Shown piece after piece: positions 47,927-57,944 of a DNA stretch of 64,000 nucleotides. Where the stretch lies: positions 62,001 to 126,000 of the IMG/VR virus record IMGVR_UViG_3300041411_000178; one strand, written 5' to 3'. The notes beneath the pieces were generated by a model. That model worked only from the letters and a program-made list of their open reading frames with translations, was not told the origin of the DNA and searched no databases. The position numbers and the translations under genes are program-made. Position 1 is the stretch's first letter; every line of letters starts with the position of its first letter.

Positions 47927-48070
47927 ATGTTAAATGACCTTACCAAGAAAAAGATCAACATTTTGGGGCTGTTGCTTCCAAAGCCCTCCAAAGAGCAGAA
48001 GGAGGCGCGCGACGCACTCGCCAAGCCAGAACACGACAAACTGATTGAAAGCGCTCTGCGCGTGTTGTAG
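47927..48070 (+). CDS. Small 47-aa ORF not in the supplied track
   Basis: My translation is MLNDLTKKKINILGLLLPKPSKEQKEARDALAKPEHDKLIESALRVL. AAAGGGGA lies upstream, and the ORF ends just before a terminator. Confidence 0.5.
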   Translation: MLNDLTKKKINILGLLLPKPSKEQKEARDALAKPEHDKLIESALRVL

Positions 48071-48088
48071 ACGGTTATAGCGGCTATA

Positions 48089-48128
48089 TTAATACCCTAA
48101 CCGCTCCTAGGAGCGGTTAGGGTATTAA
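48089..48128. terminator. Perfect 40-bp palindrome, bidirectional terminator
   Basis: TTAATACCCTAACCGCTCCT/AGGAGCGGTTAGGGTATTAA, between the small ORF and the 3' end of dnaB. Confidence 0.8.
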
Positions 48129-48144
48129 GCTCCATTCTAGTTCT

Positions 48145-49692
48145 TTATGCTGCTACACCGAAGTGATCGAAATCGTTCTCTAGATCGCCATTCTCATTTA
48201 GACGCTGTGTCAAACTGCGACGGAAAGCTGCTTTCTTGCCAATGTCGTGTTCCAAGCCTTTCTCAGGATGCAAATCGTAGATCCCAAAGCGTTCTTCTGG
48301 CAAACATCCTTCGCCCCGTTGTTTACCTACGCAGAACGTGAAGTAAACCTTGAAGGTTGTTTTGGCCACATGGATGGTGATGACCACATCCACTTCGTTG
48401 GTGATTTTCGTCGAGGTTTCAGTAAGCGACTTACCGGACACTTCTCGAGCAAAGTACACCTCAGACTCTTCGTCCGATTCCTGTAGCTTCATCTTGGCTG
48501 CTGGAGACAATTGATGAGGCGTCAAGAAGCAGATACCGCGAGCAATAATGAAACCCCTGATCTTCCGGAAGTGCATTTGCAGCTTGTCGGACTTTGTTTC
48601 GCCAGGGATCTTGTCGATGTTTTGCAGACCGCAGTAGTCGTAGGCCCAGAAGATGATCTCGTGACCTTTGAGTTCCAGTTGACGGCAACGAGCAAACATG
48701 GTATTCGCCGAGTCTTTACTGGAATCAATTTGGTTGATGATGAGATACCAACCATTTTCTTTAAAGCAGCTAACGATGGCATCAACGATGTCCATGTTCT
48801 CAGCAGTCTGGAAGTCAGAGGTAATCCCGTGACGTGCAGAGAGCGCCAGCTTGTACATGCGCATGATGATCAGATCCATGGTGTCTTCAGCAGACTCCAG
48901 GAGGATCGTAGGGATCTTGGCCTTGTCACGCAGCATAGGCTTGTTGTAGAGACCGATACTGGCAACCATGTGACTCGTAGCGAGAGACTTACCCCGGTTA
49001 GTCAACGCTTCGATCATGTACATCTTGCCACGGCGGAAACCACCATCAGGATTCAAGGCAATGTTCAAGCCCTGGATACCTGACTTCATGATGCCTTCAA
49101 GACTGTTCTCGCGCTTAGCCATGTCGATGATGGCATTAAACGAGTCAGGAGCTTCAGACGTCACCTGAGCAACGATTTCAGATTGACGTTCTTCCATGCC
49201 CTGGTTGACACCGGCTTGGACCAAATCGATCAGGTTAGCCCAATCGTCTTTGCCCATGTCATTGATGTCTTTGAAGTAGAAGTCCTTAATTGCCTTCTTG
49301 AACTTCTTGGCAAACTCTTCACCTTCCGAGTTAAGCCGGATCTCAGAAATGTGCTGGTAGATAACTTTACGAGTCATCTCATCACTGGCTTGATCTTCCA
49401 GACCATGCTGGATTGCTTCTTTCAAGCTCTCATCATTCTTGACGAACATGCTCACACGTTGCATCAAAGATGATTTTATGACCAGTACATCTTCTTCGGG
49501 CTGTTCCAACAGCCAGCGGATAGTTGCGCGAATGCTATCCCGGATCCCTTTGTCCTGAGTAAAGACGTCGGAGTTGGGGACGGGCAGTTCGTTTAACGTA
49601 TCTACCAGTTCCGTGATTAGGTTAGTGTCTTTCAGCTTCTTAGCCTGATACAACGCAGACAACAACTTAACCAGTACCAATAAATCGTTCAT
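48145..49692 (-). CDS. dnaB: DnaB-like replicative helicase (phiKZ gp118-like)
   Basis: Walker A ALTNRGKS, H1a LESAED, H2 WAYDY, H3 LTPHQL, H4 EVDVV and KQRG arginine finger. Confidence 0.88.
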   Translation of the reverse strand: MNDLLVLVKLLSALYQAKKLKDTNLITELVDTLNELPVPNSDVFTQDKGIRDSIRATIRWLLEQPEEDVLVIKSSLMQRVSMFVKNDESLKEAIQHGLEDQASDEMTRKVIYQHISEIRLNSEGEEFAKKFKKAIKDFYFKDINDMGKDDWANLIDLVQAGVNQGMEERQSEIVAQVTSEAPDSFNAIIDMAKRENSLEGIMKSGIQGLNIALNPDGGFRRGKMYMIEALTNRGKSLATSHMVASIGLYNKPMLRDKAKIPTILLESAEDTMDLIIMRMYKLALSARHGITSDFQTAENMDIVDAIVSCFKENGWYLIINQIDSSKDSANTMFARCRQLELKGHEIIFWAYDYCGLQNIDKIPGETKSDKLQMHFRKIRGFIIARGICFLTPHQLSPAAKMKLQESDEESEVYFAREVSGKSLTETSTKITNEVDVVITIHVAKTTFKVYFTFCVGKQRGEGCLPEERFGIYDLHPEKGLEHDIGKKAAFRRSLTQRLNENGDLENDFDHFGVAA

Positions 49693-49715
49693 TAGGAAAC
49701 CCCTAGGAGCTGAAA

Positions 49716-50264
49716 ATGATTCTTAAGACCCCTCAAGGGAAGTCAGTCCGTATTTTTTATCTGACCAGCGAGATGCAACGTTTGCTGGCCAGTCAAGCAA
49801 TTCCGTTCAGCGATCTTTCTAAGCTGTCAACATATCATCAGAAGTTGACGTTCGGTGAAATCGCAAACATTCTCAAGTTCCAATACCTCGTTGCTCAAGA
49901 GCTGGGTGTTCTGCTCATCGACCCGAAACATCTGTTCGGTGAAGGGTACAACGCGGGCATGGTCGAGGCTGCATTTAATAGCCTGGACGGTGAAAGCTTA
50001 TCCGCAATTGTTAAGGACACCAAGTCCTTCAGTTGCATCGACGCGGGCATGAACACCATTATCTTTCTATTTAATGGGGAGAACGCTCCAAAGGCTCCTG
50101 GCTTCGACACGCTAGAGTGTGTCACTTTCTCTGGCGCTTTGCTGGAAACAATTTTTGCTAAGGTGGGATACATGGAATCCCACAACGGTAAAATCCCAAA
50201 ACCTAACCAGGGTGAATTTACCTTGGCAGAGGTTTACAAACTGGTTAGTATACAAAACCCGTAA
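49716..50264 (+). CDS. Conserved protein upstream of the major capsid gene (gp119 position)
   Basis: 182 aa, AGGAG upstream. Confidence 0.65.
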   Translation: MILKTPQGKSVRIFYLTSEMQRLLASQAIPFSDLSKLSTYHQKLTFGEIANILKFQYLVAQELGVLLIDPKHLFGEGYNAGMVEAAFNSLDGESLSAIVKDTKSFSCIDAGMNTIIFLFNGENAPKAPGFDTLECVTFSGALLETIFAKVGYMESHNGKIPKPNQGEFTLAEVYKLVSIQNP

Positions 50265-50273
50265 CTTCACTGT

Positions 50274-50281
50274 ATTTTATG
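50274..50281 (+). promoter_or_regulatory. Putative late promoter ATTTTATG for the capsid gene
   Basis: TATG core 60 nt upstream of the capsid start. Confidence 0.55.
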
Positions 50282-50340
50282 TGTAGCGCTAATACACAGA
50301 CAAATATATTTGTTCACATCCTCAGTAAAGGATTCGAGTC

Positions 50341-52533
50341 ATGGCCTTTAAACAAGTCACCGCGTCTCTGAAGAATACCGGAAACCTCTTCAGCGCCGTT
50401 CGTACCGCCCTGGGCAACAACCAACTCAACACCGTGATCGGGGCTGAAAGCTTCGATACCTTCGCTGACGGCGTGAAAAGCATTGCCGGCGTTGAAAGTC
50501 ACCAGCTGACCACGCTGTTCAACAACGTCACTCCAAAGCAGTTCGACGCGTTCGCTGGCTCCCTGAACCGCTCCGGCGTTCCTGGCACCGAAATGGCGAT
50601 CATGGGCGAAGCAGCCAAGGCTCTGGCCGAAGTCACTGGTATCGAGGGTTTCTCGCTCCAGAACTTCAAAGGCAGCGAGATGGACATCAAGGCAGCCAAC
50701 CTGACCTTGAACGCCCAGTCGCACCTGCAAACTCCTGGCGCTGAAGCGCTGTTCTCCACCATCACCGTTCGTTACGAAGACGAAGGCGCCAACCTGGTAG
50801 TCCGCGCTGCGGGTATCGGTTCGTACGCCTACGGCAACTCGGCATGGCAGTCGGCTTCCGAACTGCGTCCGATCTTCGGCCTGCTGCGTACCGGCGACAT
50901 GTTCAAGGACGAAGTCCTGGCCGTACATCCGGTATACCCGGAAAACGCCAACGACGACAACCGCGACTTCTTCGTTGATACCGCGATCGTTCCAGCCGGC
51001 ACTGCTACCTACCCGGAAGCAGACGCCTACAACCGTAGCTCCCACGCTACTCAGTTCCTGAAAGTTCCGAACACCATTCCGAACTACCTGGCACTGACCC
51101 AGGTTCCTGGCCAGCGTCCATGGACCAGCACCGATGAACTCGAGTCCAACTCGCTGGTCATCAAAGAAGTTCTCGCTTCCGCTAAACTGGGCGCGACCAA
51201 CATCAACTTCTTCATCAACACCGTTGCGATCTCGAACAACACCTTCGGCCCTACCAGCCAAGGCCAGTCGTCCGACGACCGTGAAGTAAACCTGCACCTG
51301 CGCGCTCTGCCAGGCTTCTCGGTTCTGGACAAAGATGGCGCACCGGTCGGCGAGACCCTGTTCGCTGCTTTCAAAACCGCCGGTTACGAGCCTCTGCTGA
51401 ACATCAGCATGAACGGCAACTACCAGCGCCAGAGCAACGAGCTGCGTCTGAACTCCGGTCAAGTGACCGTGCACGGCCTGCGTGACCTGACCAACGGCAA
51501 CGTTGTCACCATGCACAAAGCCGACGCTACCCAAAAGGGCCTGATCAAGTCCCTGACTGCTGGCGCCGTTACCGGTGTCGACATGGGCGGCAACGTGTCC
51601 AACACCTCCCGCGGTAACTTCGGCTACCGTATCGAAGTGTTCGATGCTGACAAGCGTCTGAGCGTACGTCGCAACAGCCCGGTCTCGGTCAAGTACCCAG
51701 TATCGGCTGACGACGTGAACCAAGCGTCCCTGGACTTCGCGATTCAGCAAATGTCCATCGCCATCAACAACCAGTGCTCGAAGAAAGCGTTCGATGTGGC
51801 TCAGGAACACCTGAAGTACATCACCTCGATCGACGGCTCTCCAGTTGTTGGTAACCAACAGGGCTCCAACGTCCTGCCAGGTCAGCACTACGTTTCGGCT
51901 GCGGCCGTTAACCGTTCGTTCAAGATCAAGGACCGTGTATCGTCCCTGGACTCGGCTGACGTGTTCGACAACGTTGCTGCTGTGTTCCTGAACGAGCTCA
52001 GCGACATCACTGCTGCCCTGAACACCAAGTCGGGTCTGGCTGCGATCGCTGAATACGGCGGCACCGACAAGATCGAATGGACCGTCGTGGTTCACCAGAA
52101 CTTGGCGCGCTTCCTGATGCGCTCGGGCGACGCTCGCTCCCTGGGTCCAGTGACCCCGATGACCATCGTTGAGACCAACTTCGACAGCCAAATCGGCCAA
52201 CTGCTGATCGTTCCGAAGAACACGTCCACCAACGACTTCATCAACCCGCTGGGCGGCATCGGCGTGAACATCTCGAAAGAGAACATCGTCGTACAGGGTA
52301 ACGTGACTCGTGACCAGCAGGACTTCGGTGTGGTCATGACCATGCCTACCTACCGTCACTGGCCGCTGAACGTCATCATCGGCTCGCTGATCATCGAAGA
52401 TGCTCACGAGTTCCTGGGTGACGATGGCCTGCTGACCAAGCTGGCGAAGCAGATCGTTCAGGTTGAAGGTCTGAACGAAGGTATCGCTGCGCTGGTTACC
52501 GCGACTGAAGGTAACGCACCTGTAAACCCGTAA
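50341..52533 (+). CDS. Major capsid protein precursor (phiKZ gp120-like)
   Basis: 730 aa with extreme codon bias and N-terminal GxE processing sites. The DnaB-gp119-MCP-gp122-RNAP beta synteny fits. Confidence 0.88.
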   Translation: MAFKQVTASLKNTGNLFSAVRTALGNNQLNTVIGAESFDTFADGVKSIAGVESHQLTTLFNNVTPKQFDAFAGSLNRSGVPGTEMAIMGEAAKALAEVTGIEGFSLQNFKGSEMDIKAANLTLNAQSHLQTPGAEALFSTITVRYEDEGANLVVRAAGIGSYAYGNSAWQSASELRPIFGLLRTGDMFKDEVLAVHPVYPENANDDNRDFFVDTAIVPAGTATYPEADAYNRSSHATQFLKVPNTIPNYLALTQVPGQRPWTSTDELESNSLVIKEVLASAKLGATNINFFINTVAISNNTFGPTSQGQSSDDREVNLHLRALPGFSVLDKDGAPVGETLFAAFKTAGYEPLLNISMNGNYQRQSNELRLNSGQVTVHGLRDLTNGNVVTMHKADATQKGLIKSLTAGAVTGVDMGGNVSNTSRGNFGYRIEVFDADKRLSVRRNSPVSVKYPVSADDVNQASLDFAIQQMSIAINNQCSKKAFDVAQEHLKYITSIDGSPVVGNQQGSNVLPGQHYVSAAAVNRSFKIKDRVSSLDSADVFDNVAAVFLNELSDITAALNTKSGLAAIAEYGGTDKIEWTVVVHQNLARFLMRSGDARSLGPVTPMTIVETNFDSQIGQLLIVPKNTSTNDFINPLGGIGVNISKENIVVQGNVTRDQQDFGVVMTMPTYRHWPLNVIIGSLIIEDAHEFLGDDGLLTKLAKQIVQVEGLNEGIAALVTATEGNAPVNP

Positions 52534-52629
52534 TAAGGGTTGCGGCAGCTTACTACGGGGTTCTTGATCCTGAGTAAGCTCCGTGGTGTCGTAGTGCTGC
52601 GGTAACCCCTTCACAGGGATACAAACCTA

Positions 52630-52665
52630 AACCCCCTCTCCTGGCTTCGGTTGGGAGAGGGGGTT
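52630..52665 (+). terminator. Capsid-gene terminator
   Basis: Stem AACCCCCTCTCC/GGAGAGGGGGTT with C(TTCG)G apex, then TTATGGCTGC (52664-52673) and T-runs. Confidence 0.8.
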
Positions 52666-52696
52666 ATGGCTGCATTTTCATTATTTGTTGTAATTT

Positions 52697-52713
52697 TTTA
52701 AACCTACATTATT
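52697..52713 (+). promoter_or_regulatory. Putative phage promoter motif TTTAAACCTACATTATT
   Basis: Shares AAACCTACATTATT with the 2322 element. Confidence 0.55.
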
Positions 52714-52769
52714 AGAGCAGACTACGTATTACAGATTGGCTTTTAAGGAAGTCGGCAGAGGTTCTAATC

Positions 52770-53906
52770 ATGACTACTGAATTGAATTGCTTCCAACTTA
52801 ACTACCGAATTACCAATATCTCCAGCAAAGAGATTATTGTGAAGATCAAAGGTGGGTTGAGTTACATTGTGCAACGTGGTAGTGAAGCCACGTATATCAA
52901 TGAACAACAAATCCACGTAGTCATCGAGAATGTCTTCTTGGACAATCTCATGATTGACGTGAACGCTGCTCTGACTAAACTGGACAAAGCCGTTTTGGTA
53001 GAGTTGAGTAAAGAACACGAACGTCTGAAGAAGACCAACAACGAATACCATCTTCGTATGCCGGTCAGTCTGCGTGTTTCGTTGGACCTGCACAAAGGCT
53101 TGGTGGAACGCAACAATGCGATCCATAGCGAGCTGATGGGCATTACCATGTACGTGGGTAGCGAGAACCTGAATCAACCCTGTCTCAATACCCCCGCGTT
53201 CACCATGCAGGAGCTCTTCGAGAATCCTGGTGACGAATCCATGCAGAGTAAAGGAGGACTGCACTACTTTGTTTATGTAAACGACCCACAACGGGTTAAT
53301 AAGCCACTCTATACGAACATCATGGGTGAATCGACTGAGGTACCGGTTGACTATGATGCTAACAAACAACCCGGATTGTATGTTGGTATTTCCCGCGGTA
53401 TTGAACCACGGGGGACCCAATATTACGCCTTCGGTGAATTGAATGACCAGAAACTAACACAGCTGGGATTATTCAAGACAAAAGCCGAGTGTGATTTAGG
53501 AGGCAATACAGAACGATTCTTGACGGCAGAGAGCAAGAATCGAGACCTTATTAAAGACGCCAACAGCATGCGTACCCAGATCCAAAACCTGACAGAGGCG
53601 TTGGGGAAATCTGAAACCAACGTTTTTCGCCTGAACACTGAGTTGATTAAAGTGAAAGACGAGCATAAGCTCGAGATAAATGCTATCAAGATGGAGCACC
53701 GCATGGAGGCTAACACCTTGAAGCATAGCGGCAAAATGGCATCGGACTTGTTCAAGTTCGAGAGCCGCATCAAGGATACAGTGAATAAGGCGAACACTGA
53801 GCTTGTAAAGCAAAAGGGCGCGCAGAATTCCTGGGGGGACTTTGCGAAAGCCGTAGGCACCTTGGCAGGTGTGGCAATCACGGGGTATAAGCTGCTAACA
53901 GCATAA
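52770..53906 (+). CDS. Conserved protein with C-terminal coiled coil (gp122 position)
   Basis: 378 aa. Heptad-rich last 120 aa and a hydrophobic C-terminus. Confidence 0.65.
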   Translation: MTTELNCFQLNYRITNISSKEIIVKIKGGLSYIVQRGSEATYINEQQIHVVIENVFLDNLMIDVNAALTKLDKAVLVELSKEHERLKKTNNEYHLRMPVSLRVSLDLHKGLVERNNAIHSELMGITMYVGSENLNQPCLNTPAFTMQELFENPGDESMQSKGGLHYFVYVNDPQRVNKPLYTNIMGESTEVPVDYDANKQPGLYVGISRGIEPRGTQYYAFGELNDQKLTQLGLFKTKAECDLGGNTERFLTAESKNRDLIKDANSMRTQIQNLTEALGKSETNVFRLNTELIKVKDEHKLEINAIKMEHRMEANTLKHSGKMASDLFKFESRIKDTVNKANTELVKQKGAQNSWGDFAKAVGTLAGVAITGYKLLTA

Positions 53907-53916
53907 CGGAGCATCC

Positions 53917-55578
53917 ATGTCAGGTAAACTAGCCAGAGCCATTGATAACTCAATGCCACGGTTCAACTCAACGATCACAGAGGGGTTTCATCAGAACGAG
54001 TTCGAAGGTGCCGTACACTATTACGAGAATGCTCTACGGATGATCTTTAAGAGCATCGAAAAGCGTGGCGTCTTCTTTAAAGGTGTGGATGAGGTCGACC
54101 CTGATGAATATATCAATCACCTGATTCAAAGCAGTACGAAGTTGTTCGATATCCACAAGGAAACACTCTACCCGGTTAAGCTGAAGTTTGAATACCGTAA
54201 TCGGGCGGGTGACATCATCGAGATGCAGCAGTACACCATGTTGGCGTACACTGACGTTTACGGCGACCTGTGGTTGCGTGGTACGCAATACAGCTTGCAG
54301 ATCGTGCTGGCTGAACGCGGTCTACCGGTCACTAAAGAGAATGCCTTGTTTGTTAAGGTGTTGGGCTTTAAGTTCAAGATCGGTACCGAACACTTCAAGT
54401 TCTCCCAGGTTTTCACCGACACGGGTAACTTGACGTACAAGACCACCGAGCTGAACCTGGCGGCTAACCGCTTCTACAGCCCGACTGAGTCTCGCAAGAT
54501 CAACGACACCAAAACCCCAATGCCATTGCTGGCGTGGTACACGTTTGCGGACATGGGGTTCAGTAAGGCGATTGACATCTTTGGGGAATGCGACTATGAG
54601 ATCGCACCTATTGAAGTACTGATCGCTGAGTGTCGTCCGGAAGACCGCTGGGAGATCTTTACCCGCGCCAGCCGTTCTGGGAATGCCAAGTACCTGGGGG
54701 AGTTTGTTCCTCACGACTACGGCATTGCAATACGTAACAAATCGAGCAAGCGTAAAGAACTCAGCGCAATGGGCTTGCAGTATGCCAGTGCGCTGTTGTT
54801 CGTAGTTGACTGCCTTTCGTCGTACTTCGATATTGACAACATCGATAACCCGGATTATTGGAAGTTGATCATTGGTCGTTGCTCGGTTAAGTCCGGTGAC
54901 AGCAATGATTACATCATGCGCTTGATGAATGAGCACTTTGATTCCATTAACGAGTACCTCGACGAAGATTCGATCAAGAAGTTTGCCAGCCAGTCGATCG
55001 TAGTAAGCAACATGTTCGAGTTGTTTAACTACATCATTGCTAACCGCAGTGAGATTGTGCAAACCACGGATCGCGCAGACATGTTCCACAAGGAACTGGC
55101 GAGTTTGGAGTTTACGTTGGACAAGCTGATTACAGCCGCCAACAAGTTCAAGCACGAGATCAAAAACAACTCCGAGCTTAACCAGAAAAAGGTTGCTCGT
55201 TTCCTGACCAACAACTTTCACATTAAGGAGATTGACAATTCACGTACAACCAATCTCATTCAGGAAGCGACACCAACCGATTGCCCGTATGTGGACTATG
55301 TGTTGGGTTGTATGCCTCAGCATCGTGTTTATACGAATTCGACCAAAGCGAAGAAGCGCGGTGAGTTTGATCCCACCGACAGTGCAGGCAGCGCGCATGC
55401 GAGCATTGCATTTGTAAACAGCTTCCTCCGGGTAACTGGACCCTATCCGGACGGTCGAGGCTATCTCAATCCATGTGTATATCTCATTCAAGGCAAAACA
55501 ACAGCGTTGGATCCATCGCTGAAGTGGCTGTTCGAGAAGACGGATAAACGCCTACGCTACCGCGAGCCCTTTGCTTAA
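53917..55578 (+). CDS. rpoB: Non-virion RNA polymerase beta subunit, N-terminal part (phiKZ gp123-like)
   Basis: 553 aa. YTDVYGDLWLRGTQYSLQIVL matches the beta G.F.inG.E.v region. Size and synteny fit. Confidence 0.75.
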   Translation: MSGKLARAIDNSMPRFNSTITEGFHQNEFEGAVHYYENALRMIFKSIEKRGVFFKGVDEVDPDEYINHLIQSSTKLFDIHKETLYPVKLKFEYRNRAGDIIEMQQYTMLAYTDVYGDLWLRGTQYSLQIVLAERGLPVTKENALFVKVLGFKFKIGTEHFKFSQVFTDTGNLTYKTTELNLAANRFYSPTESRKINDTKTPMPLLAWYTFADMGFSKAIDIFGECDYEIAPIEVLIAECRPEDRWEIFTRASRSGNAKYLGEFVPHDYGIAIRNKSSKRKELSAMGLQYASALLFVVDCLSSYFDIDNIDNPDYWKLIIGRCSVKSGDSNDYIMRLMNEHFDSINEYLDEDSIKKFASQSIVVSNMFELFNYIIANRSEIVQTTDRADMFHKELASLEFTLDKLITAANKFKHEIKNNSELNQKKVARFLTNNFHIKEIDNSRTTNLIQEATPTDCPYVDYVLGCMPQHRVYTNSTKAKKRGEFDPTDSAGSAHASIAFVNSFLRVTGPYPDGRGYLNPCVYLIQGKTTALDPSLKWLFEKTDKRLRYREPFA

Positions 55579-55602
55579 TCCAGGGGGTGTTAGGAGTGTG
55601 TA

Positions 55603-57930
55603 ATGATTAAACCATCAAACCCAGCTGCTGTGCAGATTCCAGACGGGAACAACATGGGCGGTAACAACCCCATGAACCCGATGAATCGCACAGGTTATCA
55701 AAACCCGCTGCAAAACAATAACGCCAACCTGTCTCCAGGCGACGTTATTCGCAACATCATGTCGCAAAACCTGAACAACACCAATGCTCAGAGCGGCGGT
55801 GGTTTTAACTGGGGCGGTGTGGCTGGCAGCCTTTATGAAGATGATGCGCTGCGGTCACTCCGTACCAGTCAGGAAAACGATCCAACCAGCAACGCGTACT
55901 TGATTGACCGGGTCGCTGGTGCAATGCAGATGTTCTTGCAACAAGTGTATCACCGTGCTGGTCCTTTCTTTGAAGAGTACCGCAAAGCTCGTGAAGACTT
56001 CCGTCAGAACGAGATGCAACAGATCGATGAAGTTCGCAATGCGTTTATTGAAGACGTTAACAAGCAGCACGAGTTTACTCGCGTTATCGCGATCAATGCC
56101 ATGCCGTTCTTTGGCAAGGGGTTGATTGAGCTGCTGCGTAATGGTAACCGTGATCAGCTGCAACAGGCTGAGTATTTGAACACGGCGTTCATTGCGTGCC
56201 GCAACGTTTTGTTCTTTGAAATGGTTAACTGGTTGATGAAGTCGCCTAACGGGCGTCGTTTCACTAACCGTCTGCCGAAAGCTATTACTGCGCGTATCGC
56301 TAACTTGGAGAACTTCAAGGAAGCGGCTGCTGCTGTATACGACGTCTTTAACCAGACCTCGCCATACAACAACCTGGAGTTCAAACGTCCAGAGTCTACC
56401 CGTACCGATTACAACATGCTTTATGGTCCGGCGTCAGATTACGTTCAACGTTCGTTTGAGCCGCAGGCGCCTCAATCCTCGACGTATCAGGATGAGGCCA
56501 TGCAGGATATCTACCGCATGATCAGTATTAACGCAAACAACCGGGGACAGTTCTCTCGCCCCACACAAGACAGATCACTTGTTATTGGAGGTGAGGTTAT
56601 GCAAAGTTGGGATGAAGTTCGTCAAGATTTCAACAACCTGAACCCGGGCAACCGCGGTGAGTTCCGACTCAACCGGTTCTTCTACAACATCGGTAAACCG
56701 AATCACTACTTCATCCCGGAGAGTGACTGGAAGAAGATCCAACACGCGTATCGTCGTCACGAGGAACAGAAGGCAGAGGAAACGGTTCTCAAAGACTGCT
56801 TCCGTATTGTCATCATCGACCTCGACAACGACAGCGGTTGGTTCAGTACCATCGTCCGCAAAGAGGGGCTCGATATGCAAACTGTCCTCACGGACCCAGC
56901 CAAGCTGTTACCACTGCTGGAAAACCCAGACGAGTTGGACGACTCCTGGGTAGTTAAACCGTTCCCGCTGGAAGACGTCGTGGTTGAAAAGACCATGGAC
57001 ATTCCAATCGAAACGGTTGAGAAGATGGAAAAGGCTGTTCCACTGATTGCTGTTGCCGATCCAATCATCAGCAACTCCAGCAAACAACTGGAAAGCATCA
57101 TGGACACCGCCAACGATCGCCTGACCAAGAACTTCACCAAGGTCAACGCCGTCGGCTTCCACGCTGTCAACTGGGACACGTACAAGTGTGTGTCGAAGGA
57201 AGAGAAAGACACGCTGCGTGAAGATCTGATGTTCCTGTTCAAGGACAACGACGATCGCGCAAGCTTTGTCAATGCGGTAGCTGCTGTTGGTCGTTATGAT
57301 GTGCAGAACAAAGTCAGCAACGAGCTGATCCGGTTCATCGGTACACATCTGACCCAAGTGCTCAACAACTGGCTGATCAACTGCGCGGGTTACAACCCGA
57401 ACAAGAACGGCCGCGGTCATCTGTCGGTTAACAACATCCTGACCGACTACCGTGATCTGATTGACTGGCTCAAGCAACACGATCCAGAAACCATGCTCCA
57501 CCTGGTGGAAGTTGAGAAAGCAAACTATCTCAACGAGTCGGTTCGTATGTTCGACTACATCAACCCGTATGTACTGGCTGAAGGACAAGAACCTTCGATT
57601 ATTGATCTGATCAATACCGAACTGGAACTGGTTGTCGGCCGTCACATGTACGTCAATGTGATCAACAAGCGTACGGGTCCTGCTTACACCGAAGCCAATG
57701 TGCCGGTGCGTATCAAGCGCAGCAAGTGGCCTGAATACTTCAAGATGGTTGAAGATGGCTTCGACGAAACGATGACCGAAGACGATGATGTCATGGTCAC
57801 CGACAAACTGCTGCGTTTCACCGAATCCGGTGGCACGTGGTTGTTCAGCTATTCCACGATCGACCGCAACGTTGCGACGCTGCGTTTTGTATCGCGTGAA
57901 AAGCCGCTGTGCCTGCTGTCCCTGAGCTAA
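55603..57930 (+). CDS. Large conserved hypothetical protein
   Basis: 775 aa, AGGAG upstream, N/M/Q/G-rich N-terminus. Confidence 0.75.
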   Translation: MIKPSNPAAVQIPDGNNMGGNNPMNPMNRTGYQNPLQNNNANLSPGDVIRNIMSQNLNNTNAQSGGGFNWGGVAGSLYEDDALRSLRTSQENDPTSNAYLIDRVAGAMQMFLQQVYHRAGPFFEEYRKAREDFRQNEMQQIDEVRNAFIEDVNKQHEFTRVIAINAMPFFGKGLIELLRNGNRDQLQQAEYLNTAFIACRNVLFFEMVNWLMKSPNGRRFTNRLPKAITARIANLENFKEAAAAVYDVFNQTSPYNNLEFKRPESTRTDYNMLYGPASDYVQRSFEPQAPQSSTYQDEAMQDIYRMISINANNRGQFSRPTQDRSLVIGGEVMQSWDEVRQDFNNLNPGNRGEFRLNRFFYNIGKPNHYFIPESDWKKIQHAYRRHEEQKAEETVLKDCFRIVIIDLDNDSGWFSTIVRKEGLDMQTVLTDPAKLLPLLENPDELDDSWVVKPFPLEDVVVEKTMDIPIETVEKMEKAVPLIAVADPIISNSSKQLESIMDTANDRLTKNFTKVNAVGFHAVNWDTYKCVSKEEKDTLREDLMFLFKDNDDRASFVNAVAAVGRYDVQNKVSNELIRFIGTHLTQVLNNWLINCAGYNPNKNGRGHLSVNNILTDYRDLIDWLKQHDPETMLHLVEVEKANYLNESVRMFDYINPYVLAEGQEPSIIDLINTELELVVGRHMYVNVINKRTGPAYTEANVPVRIKRSKWPEYFKMVEDGFDETMTEDDDVMVTDKLLRFTESGGTWLFSYSTIDRNVATLRFVSREKPLCLLSLS

Positions 57931-57944
57931 GTCTCTAGATAGAA

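Noticed and set aside
50314-52614. 766-aa - strand ORF
   Set aside because: Exact antisense of the strongly biased capsid gene, with shadow-type V/G/R/Q-rich composition.
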